53,427 nucleotides of DNA, taken from a virus. Its lineage: Duplodnaviria > Caudoviricetes. The notes below the pieces were generated by a model. The model had not been told where the DNA came from. It ran no database searches and was given only the letters and a program-made list of their open reading frames with translations. The translations under genes were made by a program, and so were the position numbers. Location of the stretch: positions 1 through 53,427 of IMG/VR virus record IMGVR_UViG_3300020045_001964. One strand, written 5' to 3'. Shown here piece by piece: positions 46,262 through 53,427 of this stretch (its first letter is position 1; each line of letters starts with the position of its first letter).

Positions 46262-47428
46262 ATGAGTTTATTAGGGCATAGTAAAGATATTAGAAGTGCG
46301 GGTGCATTACCGGGTTCGGTGGATGGGGCTGGGAATTCGGGTGCAGGCGCGCCCAATGTCTCTAACTACTCGTCAGCCTACTTTGCCAAGTACCGCGCAG
46401 CGTTAGCGCTCACCCGCTTAGGTATCTCGGATACACCCGTGGCTTTTGTCGGGGATTCGACAGGGACCGGGCAGTGGGGTTTTGGTGGAGCATTCGCGAA
46501 CAACCGGCAGTATGCATATCCAGTAATCATGGCGGGCCTTTTGTCTGCACAAGGCATCCCCGCATCTTGCGAAGGTGTCTATTGCGACAACAACGTTACA
46601 AACCAAGGGTCCACGCTGCCCGCGTACGACCCACGAGTCAGTTTCAGCGGGTCCGCTACTGCCGCCCCTGGAGCGGGTTTCCCTGGGCGACTTTTGCAAA
46701 TGACTGCTGCTGGCACGATAACCCTGGCACCTGGCACGGCGTACGACACCATTGAACTGTACACCCCTACAAACGCAGGGCTAGGTTCGGCGACAGTTAA
46801 TAACGGTGGTGCAACACTTGGCACAATCAATTCCAATGGAACTCTTGCGCTGACAAAAACGACATACAGCGTGACATTAGGGTCAGCGCCTATCAATATT
46901 GTTTGGGCCGCTGGCGGGACTTTCTATAACTCCATCATCCGGCCCTATGTTGCTGCAAACAAAAAGGTAGTTCTCCACAATCTCAGCGGCTGCACCTACA
47001 AAGCTTCTGACCTGACAGATACCACACGCCCGTGGTATGGACTTGGCATGCTTGGACTGTTGGCCCCTAAGCTGACAGTGCTTAACATGACAATCAACGA
47101 CGCTACGGCTCAAACCCCGATTGCCACCTACAAGGCAAACATGCAAGGCATCATCGATGTGGCAAAAATCACGGGCGACGTGCTGATTGTTGTGGGCAAC
47201 CCCGCAAATATCACTCGCGCCACGGTTGCTGTGCAACAGATTTACGCCACGGCAGCAAAGGAACTTGCGGCGCTGAACAATTGCGTAGTGCTGGATTTGA
47301 TTGACCGTTGGGTGTCGTACGACTTTGTTCAGCCATTGGGCTATTACGGAGACACCGACGTGCATCCAAGCCGCATCGGCAGCGGAGATATTGCCAACGC
47401 AATCACTCGGCTGATTGCTCAGCCTTAA
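46262..47428 (+). CDS. SGNH/GDSL hydrolase domain virion protein
   Basis: FVGDST block I, TINDA block III, D..HPS block V; markedly GC-rich. Confidence 0.82.
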   Translation: MSLLGHSKDIRSAGALPGSVDGAGNSGAGAPNVSNYSSAYFAKYRAALALTRLGISDTPVAFVGDSTGTGQWGFGGAFANNRQYAYPVIMAGLLSAQGIPASCEGVYCDNNVTNQGSTLPAYDPRVSFSGSATAAPGAGFPGRLLQMTAAGTITLAPGTAYDTIELYTPTNAGLGSATVNNGGATLGTINSNGTLALTKTTYSVTLGSAPINIVWAAGGTFYNSIIRPYVAANKKVVLHNLSGCTYKASDLTDTTRPWYGLGMLGLLAPKLTVLNMTINDATAQTPIATYKANMQGIIDVAKITGDVLIVVGNPANITRATVAVQQIYATAAKELAALNNCVVLDLIDRWVSYDFVQPLGYYGDTDVHPSRIGSGDIANAITRLIAQP

Positions 47429-47506
47429 ATTCCCGTCCCCGCCGGTGAACATCAACATTTTCAACAATTAATGTAAAATTGTAACTTTATAAAATACTAG
47501 AATATT

Positions 47507-48016
47507 ATGTTAATTGTTGAAAATGGTTCTATTGTTGCTAATGCTAATTCATATGTAGATTTAGTATTCGCTCGTACTTATGCAAGTTCTATAGGTTTAG
47601 CATTACCTGTAGATGACGCTGAATGTGAAAAATTGTTATTAAACGGCATGGAGTTTATAGAATCTTTTAGACAAAGATTCCAAGGCCACATTGTAGATAT
47701 AGATCAAACTACACAATTTCCACGCAATTTAGTTTATGTAGGTGGATATTTAGTTTCAAACACATCAATACCCGATAATTTAAAAAAGGCTCAGGTTAGA
47801 GCTGCAATTGAAATATCAAATGGTACAGATTTTTTCGAAACTGTAAATGGTCAATTTATTACTGAAGAAACAGTAGGTCCATTAACTACTAAATATTCGG
47901 ATGAATTTTTAGCTACTTTTGATGGTACACCTATTTATAAAGCAGTTACAAGTTTTATAGATGAATTTTTAGTGCAAGATAGTGGCTATCGTCTAAGTAA
48001 ATCGTTTGGATTTTAA
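47507..48016 (+). CDS. Head-tail adaptor (DnaT-like family)
   Basis: LIVE.G..VA.ANSYV, Q...FPR, IP..LK.AQ, E.VGPL...Y. Confidence 0.8.
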   Translation: MLIVENGSIVANANSYVDLVFARTYASSIGLALPVDDAECEKLLLNGMEFIESFRQRFQGHIVDIDQTTQFPRNLVYVGGYLVSNTSIPDNLKKAQVRAAIEISNGTDFFETVNGQFITEETVGPLTTKYSDEFLATFDGTPIYKAVTSFIDEFLVQDSGYRLSKSFGF

Positions 48017-48394
48017 ATGGCCCAATTTGATAGACAAATTGCAACCGCATTACGGCTAATTAAAAAAAATGGTCAAAAGGTGCAATGGCGAAAAGAAGCC
48101 GCAAGTATTCCAGACCCATTAAAACCCTGGCTACCTGTGGGCACATCGCCAATAATTTACGAACCGTTTATTGTATTTCTATCGTTAGATTTACAAGGTA
48201 AAGAATTTTTATTTTCTTTAAATGGTTCTGAAGCTGTAACAGGTGCATATTACGGTTTAATGGGTAATGTAAGTTTTGAACCAAACACATTAGATATTGT
48301 TACGCGAGATGGTATTAAATTAGATATTAATAGTATCGATTTATTATCACCAAATGGTCAAAAGATTTTGTATACTATTATTTTTAATGGGTAA
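48017..48394 (+). CDS. Head closure / head-tail joining protein
   Basis: A.RLI.K.GQ, L.P.G...LY; synteny. Confidence 0.7.
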   Translation: MAQFDRQIATALRLIKKNGQKVQWRKEAASIPDPLKPWLPVGTSPIIYEPFIVFLSLDLQGKEFLFSLNGSEAVTGAYYGLMGNVSFEPNTLDIVTRDGIKLDINSIDLLSPNGQKILYTIIFNG

Positions 48395-48396
48395 AA

Positions 48397-48639
48397 ATGA
48401 ATAATCAAATTTTGTATTTTATTGCCGGTGAAGTTCCAACTAATGATGAATTTGAAAAAGCTTCTGTTTTTATGGGTAAAGGTCCATTTTTAGAATTTAC
48501 TAGTCTTTTACAATTGAATATTAATGACGAATTAATTAGTAATGTCGGTGTTGCTGGCGCAGTCCCCGATAGCTATAAAAATTGCAAAATTTTAGATTTA
48601 CCTAAAACTAATAAAGTAAAAACTAAAGAAGTTGAATAA
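48397..48639 (+). CDS. Hypothetical virion protein
   Basis: ILYF..G..PT, VAGAVP..Y. Confidence 0.6.
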   Translation: MNNQILYFIAGEVPTNDEFEKASVFMGKGPFLEFTSLLQLNINDELISNVGVAGAVPDSYKNCKILDLPKTNKVKTKEVE

Positions 48640-49082
48640 TGATTGATAATTATTCTAGCGGTCGTAATGAAATATTTGCACAGTTAACCGCCGTATTACC
48701 TGCGCTTAATACGCTTTTAGGCTACACGCCGAATATTGTTTATCAGGGTGTAGAAACTGCCGCTAAAATGCCCACAGATAAGCTCTGGATGCGCATTTCT
48801 CAGCAAACCGTTATAGAGACTCAGGCTACATTACGGGACGATAATGGTAGGCGATACAGAACTGAGGGTTTAGTTTTTGTGCAAGTTTTTATACCAAAAA
48901 CAGAACCACAAAATTATGCGTTTGGTTTGTCATGCACCAATGTAATTAAAAATGCATATCGTGGTAAACAAACTAATGGCTGCATATGGTTTAGAAATGT
49001 TCGGATTCAAGAATTACCCGCTGAAATGGCATGGTTTAGGGTTAATGTTGTGGCTGAATATCAATATGACGAAATAGGATAA
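48639..49082 (+). CDS. Tail terminator protein
   Basis: W.R, G...VQ.F.P, WFRNVR, WF..NV...Y.YD. Confidence 0.75.
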   Translation: MIDNYSSGRNEIFAQLTAVLPALNTLLGYTPNIVYQGVETAAKMPTDKLWMRISQQTVIETQATLRDDNGRRYRTEGLVFVQVFIPKTEPQNYAFGLSCTNVIKNAYRGKQTNGCIWFRNVRIQELPAEMAWFRVNVVAEYQYDEIG

Positions 49083-49091
49083 GGAAATTAT

Positions 49092-50648
49092 ATGGTTTGC
49101 GCAATTAATAAAATTGATTCTAATATCACTGGTTTGGCCTATGCTGAAGAAGTTTGTTTAAAACAACTTCCGGTTTTAGGTACTGATGGTTTCGACCCTA
49201 CATGGTACGGTTTGGAACCTAACAGTTATTCTGATTTTGGTGGTGAAATCTCTACGGTGGCACGTTCACCTATTGACCCATCGCGCCAAAATAAAAAGGG
49301 TACTATTACTGATTTGGATGCGTCAGGTGGTTTCAATACCGACTTTACACAAACTAATTTAACGCGACTGTTGCAAGGTTTCTTTTTTGCCGATGCGCGT
49401 CAACCTGCCAGCACGCAAGGTTTGAACACTACCCAAATTCCTATTACTGGTGTTGTTTCATCTAGCAAAACTTATTCAGCCGCATCCGGCCTATCGGTTT
49501 TTGCAGTTTCTCAGCTTGTAAAGGCTACAGGTTTTAACACTGCTGCTAATAACGGTATTAAAACTGTCGCTACTGCTGCAACCGGTGCGATTACTGTAGC
49601 TGAAACTTTGGTCGATGAAGCAAGCCCGCCAGCAACTTCTAAGTTAGAGCGCGTAGGTTTTCAGTTTGCGTCTGCTGATATTAATATTGCAGTTGTCGGC
49701 GGTATCCCATCGCTAACTTCTACAGTTGCAACTTTTACAGCTTTGCCTGATTTATTCCCCGGTAAGTGGGTTTATTTGGGTGATGATGTAGCCGGTAATA
49801 AATTTGCAAATAACAATGGTTATGCACGTATTAAAACTATTGCGGCTAAATCGTTGACGTTTGACGATACAAGCTGGACCCCAGTTAATGAAACTGGGAC
49901 CGCCAAAACGATTCGTATCTATGTGGGCACATCCATTAAAAACGAATTGTTGCCAGCTTTGATTAAAAAGCGTAGCTATAATATTGAACGTCAATTAGGT
50001 TTAGGTGCATCAACTACACAAGCTGAATACTTAGAAGGTGCTGTTGCTAACGAATTCACTTTAAATATTCCACAGGCTGATAAACTTAATGCTGATTTAA
50101 CTTTTGTCGCAAGCGGTAATACACAACGTTCTGGCGATGTTGGAGATTTGATTAAAACCGGCGCTCGAGTTAGTTCTGCTGGTGAGTCTGCTTTTAACAC
50201 TTCGTCAAATATTTACCGCATGAAATTATCGGTAAATAGCACCACTAGTTCTAACGCTTCGTCTTTATTCGGTTATGCTACAGAAGCTAACGTTTCAGTT
50301 GCAAATGGTGTTAGCACTGACAAAGCAATCGGTGTTTTAGGTGGTTTTGATGTTAGCTTAGGTAATTTTGAAGTTAGCGGTTCTGTAACCGCTTATTTCA
50401 CTACAGTTGCTGCTGTTAAGGCGGTTCGTAATAATGCTGATGTTGGATTAAGCATTATTGGTGCAGCCGCTAATGCTGGATTCATCTTTGATATTCCATT
50501 ATTGGGCTTAGGTGGTGGTCGCGCTACGGTTGAAAAAGATACTGCTGTGATGTTGCCATTGGAAACTATGGGTGCGCAAAACGCCAATGGTTACACAATG
50601 CTTTATGACAATTTTCCATATCTGCCAACTGCCGCTATGCCAGTCTAA
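49092..50648 (+). CDS. Major tail tube protein
   Basis: KIDSN.TGL.YAEE, PNSYSDFGG; 518 aa; precedes chaperones. Confidence 0.85.
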   Translation: MVCAINKIDSNITGLAYAEEVCLKQLPVLGTDGFDPTWYGLEPNSYSDFGGEISTVARSPIDPSRQNKKGTITDLDASGGFNTDFTQTNLTRLLQGFFFADARQPASTQGLNTTQIPITGVVSSSKTYSAASGLSVFAVSQLVKATGFNTAANNGIKTVATAATGAITVAETLVDEASPPATSKLERVGFQFASADINIAVVGGIPSLTSTVATFTALPDLFPGKWVYLGDDVAGNKFANNNGYARIKTIAAKSLTFDDTSWTPVNETGTAKTIRIYVGTSIKNELLPALIKKRSYNIERQLGLGASTTQAEYLEGAVANEFTLNIPQADKLNADLTFVASGNTQRSGDVGDLIKTGARVSSAGESAFNTSSNIYRMKLSVNSTTSSNASSLFGYATEANVSVANGVSTDKAIGVLGGFDVSLGNFEVSGSVTAYFTTVAAVKAVRNNADVGLSIIGAAANAGFIFDIPLLGLGGGRATVEKDTAVMLPLETMGAQNANGYTMLYDNFPYLPTAAMPV

Positions 50649-50666
50649 CAAAGCGTAGTACACTGA

Positions 50667-50697
50667 AAGGGCCGCGTAAAACCGGCCCTTTTTTATT
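50667..50697 (+). terminator. Intrinsic terminator
   Basis: AAAGGGCCG...CGGCCCTTTTTT. Confidence 0.8.
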
Positions 50698-50722
50698 GTC
50701 TAACATTTTGGAGTAATTAATA

Positions 50723-51142
50723 ATGAGTTTATACAAAAATTGGTCTACCGATATTAACAAAGAAGTTAATGGTATTCCTGTAGAGTTTGAAGCTAATGAC
50801 GATGGGACAGTGCCCACATTCATCATCAGCCGCATGGGTGCTACCAATAAACCGTATTTGCGTGCATTGGAACAAGCCCAAAAACCGTATCTGCGTCAAA
50901 TTCAGTTAAAGACGATGGATAAGGATAAACATGAAAAATTGATTCTTGAAGTATTTGCAACCAATATTATTAAAGGTTGGTCTAATATTCAAGATGAAAA
51001 CGGTAATGTTTTGGCATATAGCAAAGAAAATGCAGTTAAGATTTTGACTGATTTGCCAGAAATTTATGATAACTTGTTTCAAGTTGCAATGTCTGCCGAT
51101 ATGTTCAAAAAAGACGAATTGGAAGAAAGCGCAAAAAACTAA
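50723..51142 (+). CDS. Tail assembly chaperone (G-like)
   Basis: After the tail tube gene; R.G..N..Y, GW; ends at slippery site. Confidence 0.82.
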   Translation: MSLYKNWSTDINKEVNGIPVEFEANDDGTVPTFIISRMGATNKPYLRALEQAQKPYLRQIQLKTMDKDKHEKLILEVFATNIIKGWSNIQDENGNVLAYSKENAVKILTDLPEIYDNLFQVAMSADMFKKDELEESAKN

Positions 51143-51501
51143 TTGAAGTTTCGGGGTATTTGCAAGACGTTGGCCTAATTGAGCAAACGTTAGCTAGACA
51201 ATCTAAACAAATGGGTCAACCATTGCCGGAACGTATATCTAACGCCCCTGAACTTTATGATGGCTTGCAAATATACCTACAGGCGTTTAATGATTTAGAT
51301 AGCGAAAGATCGCATGCTATGGGAATTACACAAATTCCTTGGAGTGCCATTATAAATTATGCAAAAGTCAATGATTTTAGTCAAGATCAAACTGACGATT
51401 TAGTTTATTTAGTTAGAGCTATGGATTCAGAGCATTGTAAAAAATTAGACGCTAAACAAAAAAGTAAAAATGGCTCGAAATCTGAACGACTTGGCCAATA
51501 G
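51133..51501 (+). CDS. Tail chaperone frameshift extension (GT-like) via -1 slip at A AAA AAC
   Basis: Heptamer 51133-51139 just before the stop; -1 frame (LIEVSGYLQDV...) is continuous with ORF 51160..51501, which lacks its own ATG/RBS. Confidence 0.82.
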   Translation, partial: KKLIEVSGYLQDVGLIEQTLARQSKQMGQPLPERISNAPELYDGLQIYLQAFNDLDSERSHAMGITQIPWSAIINYAKVNDFSQDQTDDLVYLVRAMDSEHCKKLDAKQKSKNGSKSERLGQ

Positions 51502-51889
51502 TTTAGACACATACGTTAAAACTATTGATAAAAAGGCTTCTGAAAAAGCTGTAAAAATTGCCATGATCGGGCTTGAAGTTTTGTATTGGCGAACCCCAGT
51601 GGATACTACAAAAGCTGTATCTAATTGGGTGGTTTCTTTAGACAATCCAGACTTTAAAGTTATTGATCCTTACGTGCCAGGGTTTTTAGGTTATACGGCT
51701 AGCGCTAGTATTGCAGTCGCCAAATCTCAAGCCGAATCAACATTATCGAATAAAAAACCCGGACAAACTATATACATAACTAATAACACAGAGTATATAA
51801 GAGGTTTGAATTCTGGTACATCGAAACAAGACCCCGGCGGTTTTGTTGAAGCCGCTGCAATGATTATGCGTAAATCGCTAAACAATTAG
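51470..51889 (+). CDS. HK97 gp10-like neck/tail completion protein
   Basis: TPVDT....SNW, IY.TNN..YI..LN.G.S.Q.P.GFV. Confidence 0.8.
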   Translation: MARNLNDLANSLDTYVKTIDKKASEKAVKIAMIGLEVLYWRTPVDTTKAVSNWVVSLDNPDFKVIDPYVPGFLGYTASASIAVAKSQAESTLSNKKPGQTIYITNNTEYIRGLNSGTSKQDPGGFVEAAAMIMRKSLNN

Positions 51890-51896
51890 GATAATT

Positions 51897-53427
51897 ATGG
51901 CTGACGAAAGTATTGTAATTGAGATTAAAGACGGTATTGATAGCGGCATTGCAGCCAAAATTAAACTAATTGCAGTTGAAGCTAGAATAACGCAAAAAGA
52001 TTTAGACGGTTTACAGAAAACTATAAATGGTTTAGGCGTTAGTAAACTTAATGCTGTCGGTGCGGCATTGGCTAGCACTTCAGCAGGTGCCTTAAAAGCT
52101 GCGCTGGCTAATGAAAAATTGGCTGTTGCACAACTTAAAACTGAGGTTGTCGCGCAAGCTGTAGCCCTTGCTGAAGCCAAAGTGGCGATTGCTGCTGCAC
52201 AGGTATCGGCTGCACAAGAAAAAGCTGCTAAGGCCACCGTACAGGCATCCACGGCTGCGCAGCAACTAGCCACGGAAACGCTACGGACTCAAAAGGCGCA
52301 AGATGCTGCCGCGCTGTCTGCTATTCGATTGGCTAACGCACAAAAACAACCTACAAGTACCACAGGCTCACAACTTTTAGATAATTTGCAGGAACAAGTT
52401 AGGCTTTATGGTAAAAGTTCTGACGAAATATTAAAGTATCGTGCTACGCAAGCTGGTGTACTTGCACAAGCAAGCCCGTTAATTTTACAACTACAAAATA
52501 TAAAGGCTGCACAAGAAGGTATTGCACAATCAGCGCGTGATGCAGCAAAAGCACAAAAAGAATTAGATGCTGCCGAATCAAATAAATCTTCTTTTATTAA
52601 TTCGTTAAAATCACAATCAGATGCAATTGGTAAAAGTAATGCTGATTTGTTAGAAATGAAAGCTGCAAAAATGGGGGTTACTTCACAAGCCGCCCCATTT
52701 ATAGCTAAATTGCGTGAAGAAGAAAATGCAATACGTTCAAACGGTAAACAATTTAACGCAGCAGGATTAAGCGTAAAACAATATAACGCTTCGATGCGTG
52801 GTGTACCTGCACAGATTACAGACATTGTAGTTTCGTTACAAGGTGGTCAAGCACCATTAACAGTATTGCTCCAACAAGGTGGACAATTAAAAGATATGTT
52901 TGGCGGTATTGGTCCTGCCGCAAAAGCGTTATCTGCTTCATTACTGGCAATGATTAATCCGTTTACGGTCGTTGCAGCCGCTATCGGCGTATTTCTATTT
53001 ACTGTGGGCAAAGTCGAATCTAGCTTGCGCGAACTTAACGGATTGGCTGCACAATTTTCAGCTACCGGGCGCGGTGATATTGATAATTCTTTTATTGTCC
53101 AATTGCGTAAAGAATTAGCTCTGTTGCCTGGAGTTTCTAAAACCGCCGCGACTGCAATTATTTCAGAGTTTGCCAATATTAGAAATATTGGCGGTGAAAA
53201 TTTAAAAGCTGCTGCCGGTACTGTTGCTGATTTGGCTGCTGCTTTAGGGACTGATTCGCCAAAAGCTGCAAAAATATTAGCTGAAGCATTTAAAGACCCC
53301 GTTAAAGGTGCTATAGAATTAGATGAAAAGTTAGGATTTTTAACTACTGAAAACTTTAAAACTATTAAAAGTTTAAGCGATTTGGGTAAAACTGCCGAAG
53401 TTCAAAAATTCATTATTGACAAGTTAA
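51897..53427 (+). CDS. Tail tape measure protein, N-terminal part (continues at 1..2124; about 1177 aa in total)
   Basis: ATG at 51897 after AGGA (MADESIVIEIKDG); lambda-type TMP block GVPAQITDIVVSLQGGQAPLTVLLQQGGQLKDMFGG; 470 codons to 53306 join frame 1 of window start; not in the ORF track because it lacks a stop. Confidence 0.9.
   Translation, partial: MADESIVIEIKDGIDSGIAAKIKLIAVEARITQKDLDGLQKTINGLGVSKLNAVGAALASTSAGALKAALANEKLAVAQLKTEVVAQAVALAEAKVAIAAAQVSAAQEKAAKATVQASTAAQQLATETLRTQKAQDAAALSAIRLANAQKQPTSTTGSQLLDNLQEQVRLYGKSSDEILKYRATQAGVLAQASPLILQLQNIKAAQEGIAQSARDAAKAQKELDAAESNKSSFINSLKSQSDAIGKSNADLLEMKAAKMGVTSQAAPFIAKLREEENAIRSNGKQFNAAGLSVKQYNASMRGVPAQITDIVVSLQGGQAPLTVLLQQGGQLKDMFGGIGPAAKALSASLLAMINPFTVVAAAIGVFLFTVGKVESSLRELNGLAAQFSATGRGDIDNSFIVQLRKELALLPGVSKTAATAIISEFANIRNIGGENLKAAAGTVADLAAALGTDSPKAAKILAEAFKDPVKGAIELDEKLGFLTTENFKTIKSLSDLGKTAEVQKFIIDKL
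53307..53427. repeat. 121-bp terminal overlap, copy of 1-121
   Basis: Identical to window start. Confidence 0.97.

Noticed and set aside
46418-47467. Several overlapping ORFs in the SGNH gene
   Set aside because: Expected from few stop codons in a GC-rich segment
51878-53176. Minus-strand ORFs near the window end
   Set aside because: Antisense to the tape-measure gene, which the track missed because it wraps

Overview
The window is a complete, circularly permuted genome of an AT-rich (roughly 36% GC by eye) tailed dsDNA phage. Unit length is about 53,306 bp; bases 1-121 are repeated at 53307-53427, and the tape-measure gene runs across the join. Spanins and a lambda-R-like endolysin indicate a Gram-negative host. 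No integrase was seen, so it is probably lytic. Layout: (i) siphovirus tail tip and fibres (1-10.2 kb, +); (ii) replication/recombination operon (10.4-23.4 kb, -) with a family-B-like polymerase, own sliding clamp, adenine MTase, SF2 helicase with two inteins, Cas4-like nuclease, SSB, Sak4-like ATPase, two tRNAs, a Gly-repeat gene and MazG; (iii) HTH plus primase (+); (iv) a repeat/G-rich element at 26.2-26.4 kb; (v) a region of tiny early ORFs with a shared promoter architecture and an AT-rich origin-like gap (26.4-34.2 kb); (vi) VRR-NUC, dCMP deaminase and the lysis cassette; (vii) terminase (third intein), head, a GC-rich SGNH insert, neck and tail. The strongest unexplained signal is the 9-mer CTGTGGGCA, with 23 exact copies counted by eye plus about 12 near copies, spread genome-wide in both orientations and in several reading frames. 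Other unexplained signals are six phased TTACA-N5-TTACA boxes at early promoters, a 27-bp-period array joined to (CAGGG)7, and a small zinc protein ending in an SSB-tail-like DIPF. All family assignments come from motifs recognised by eye, not database searches.
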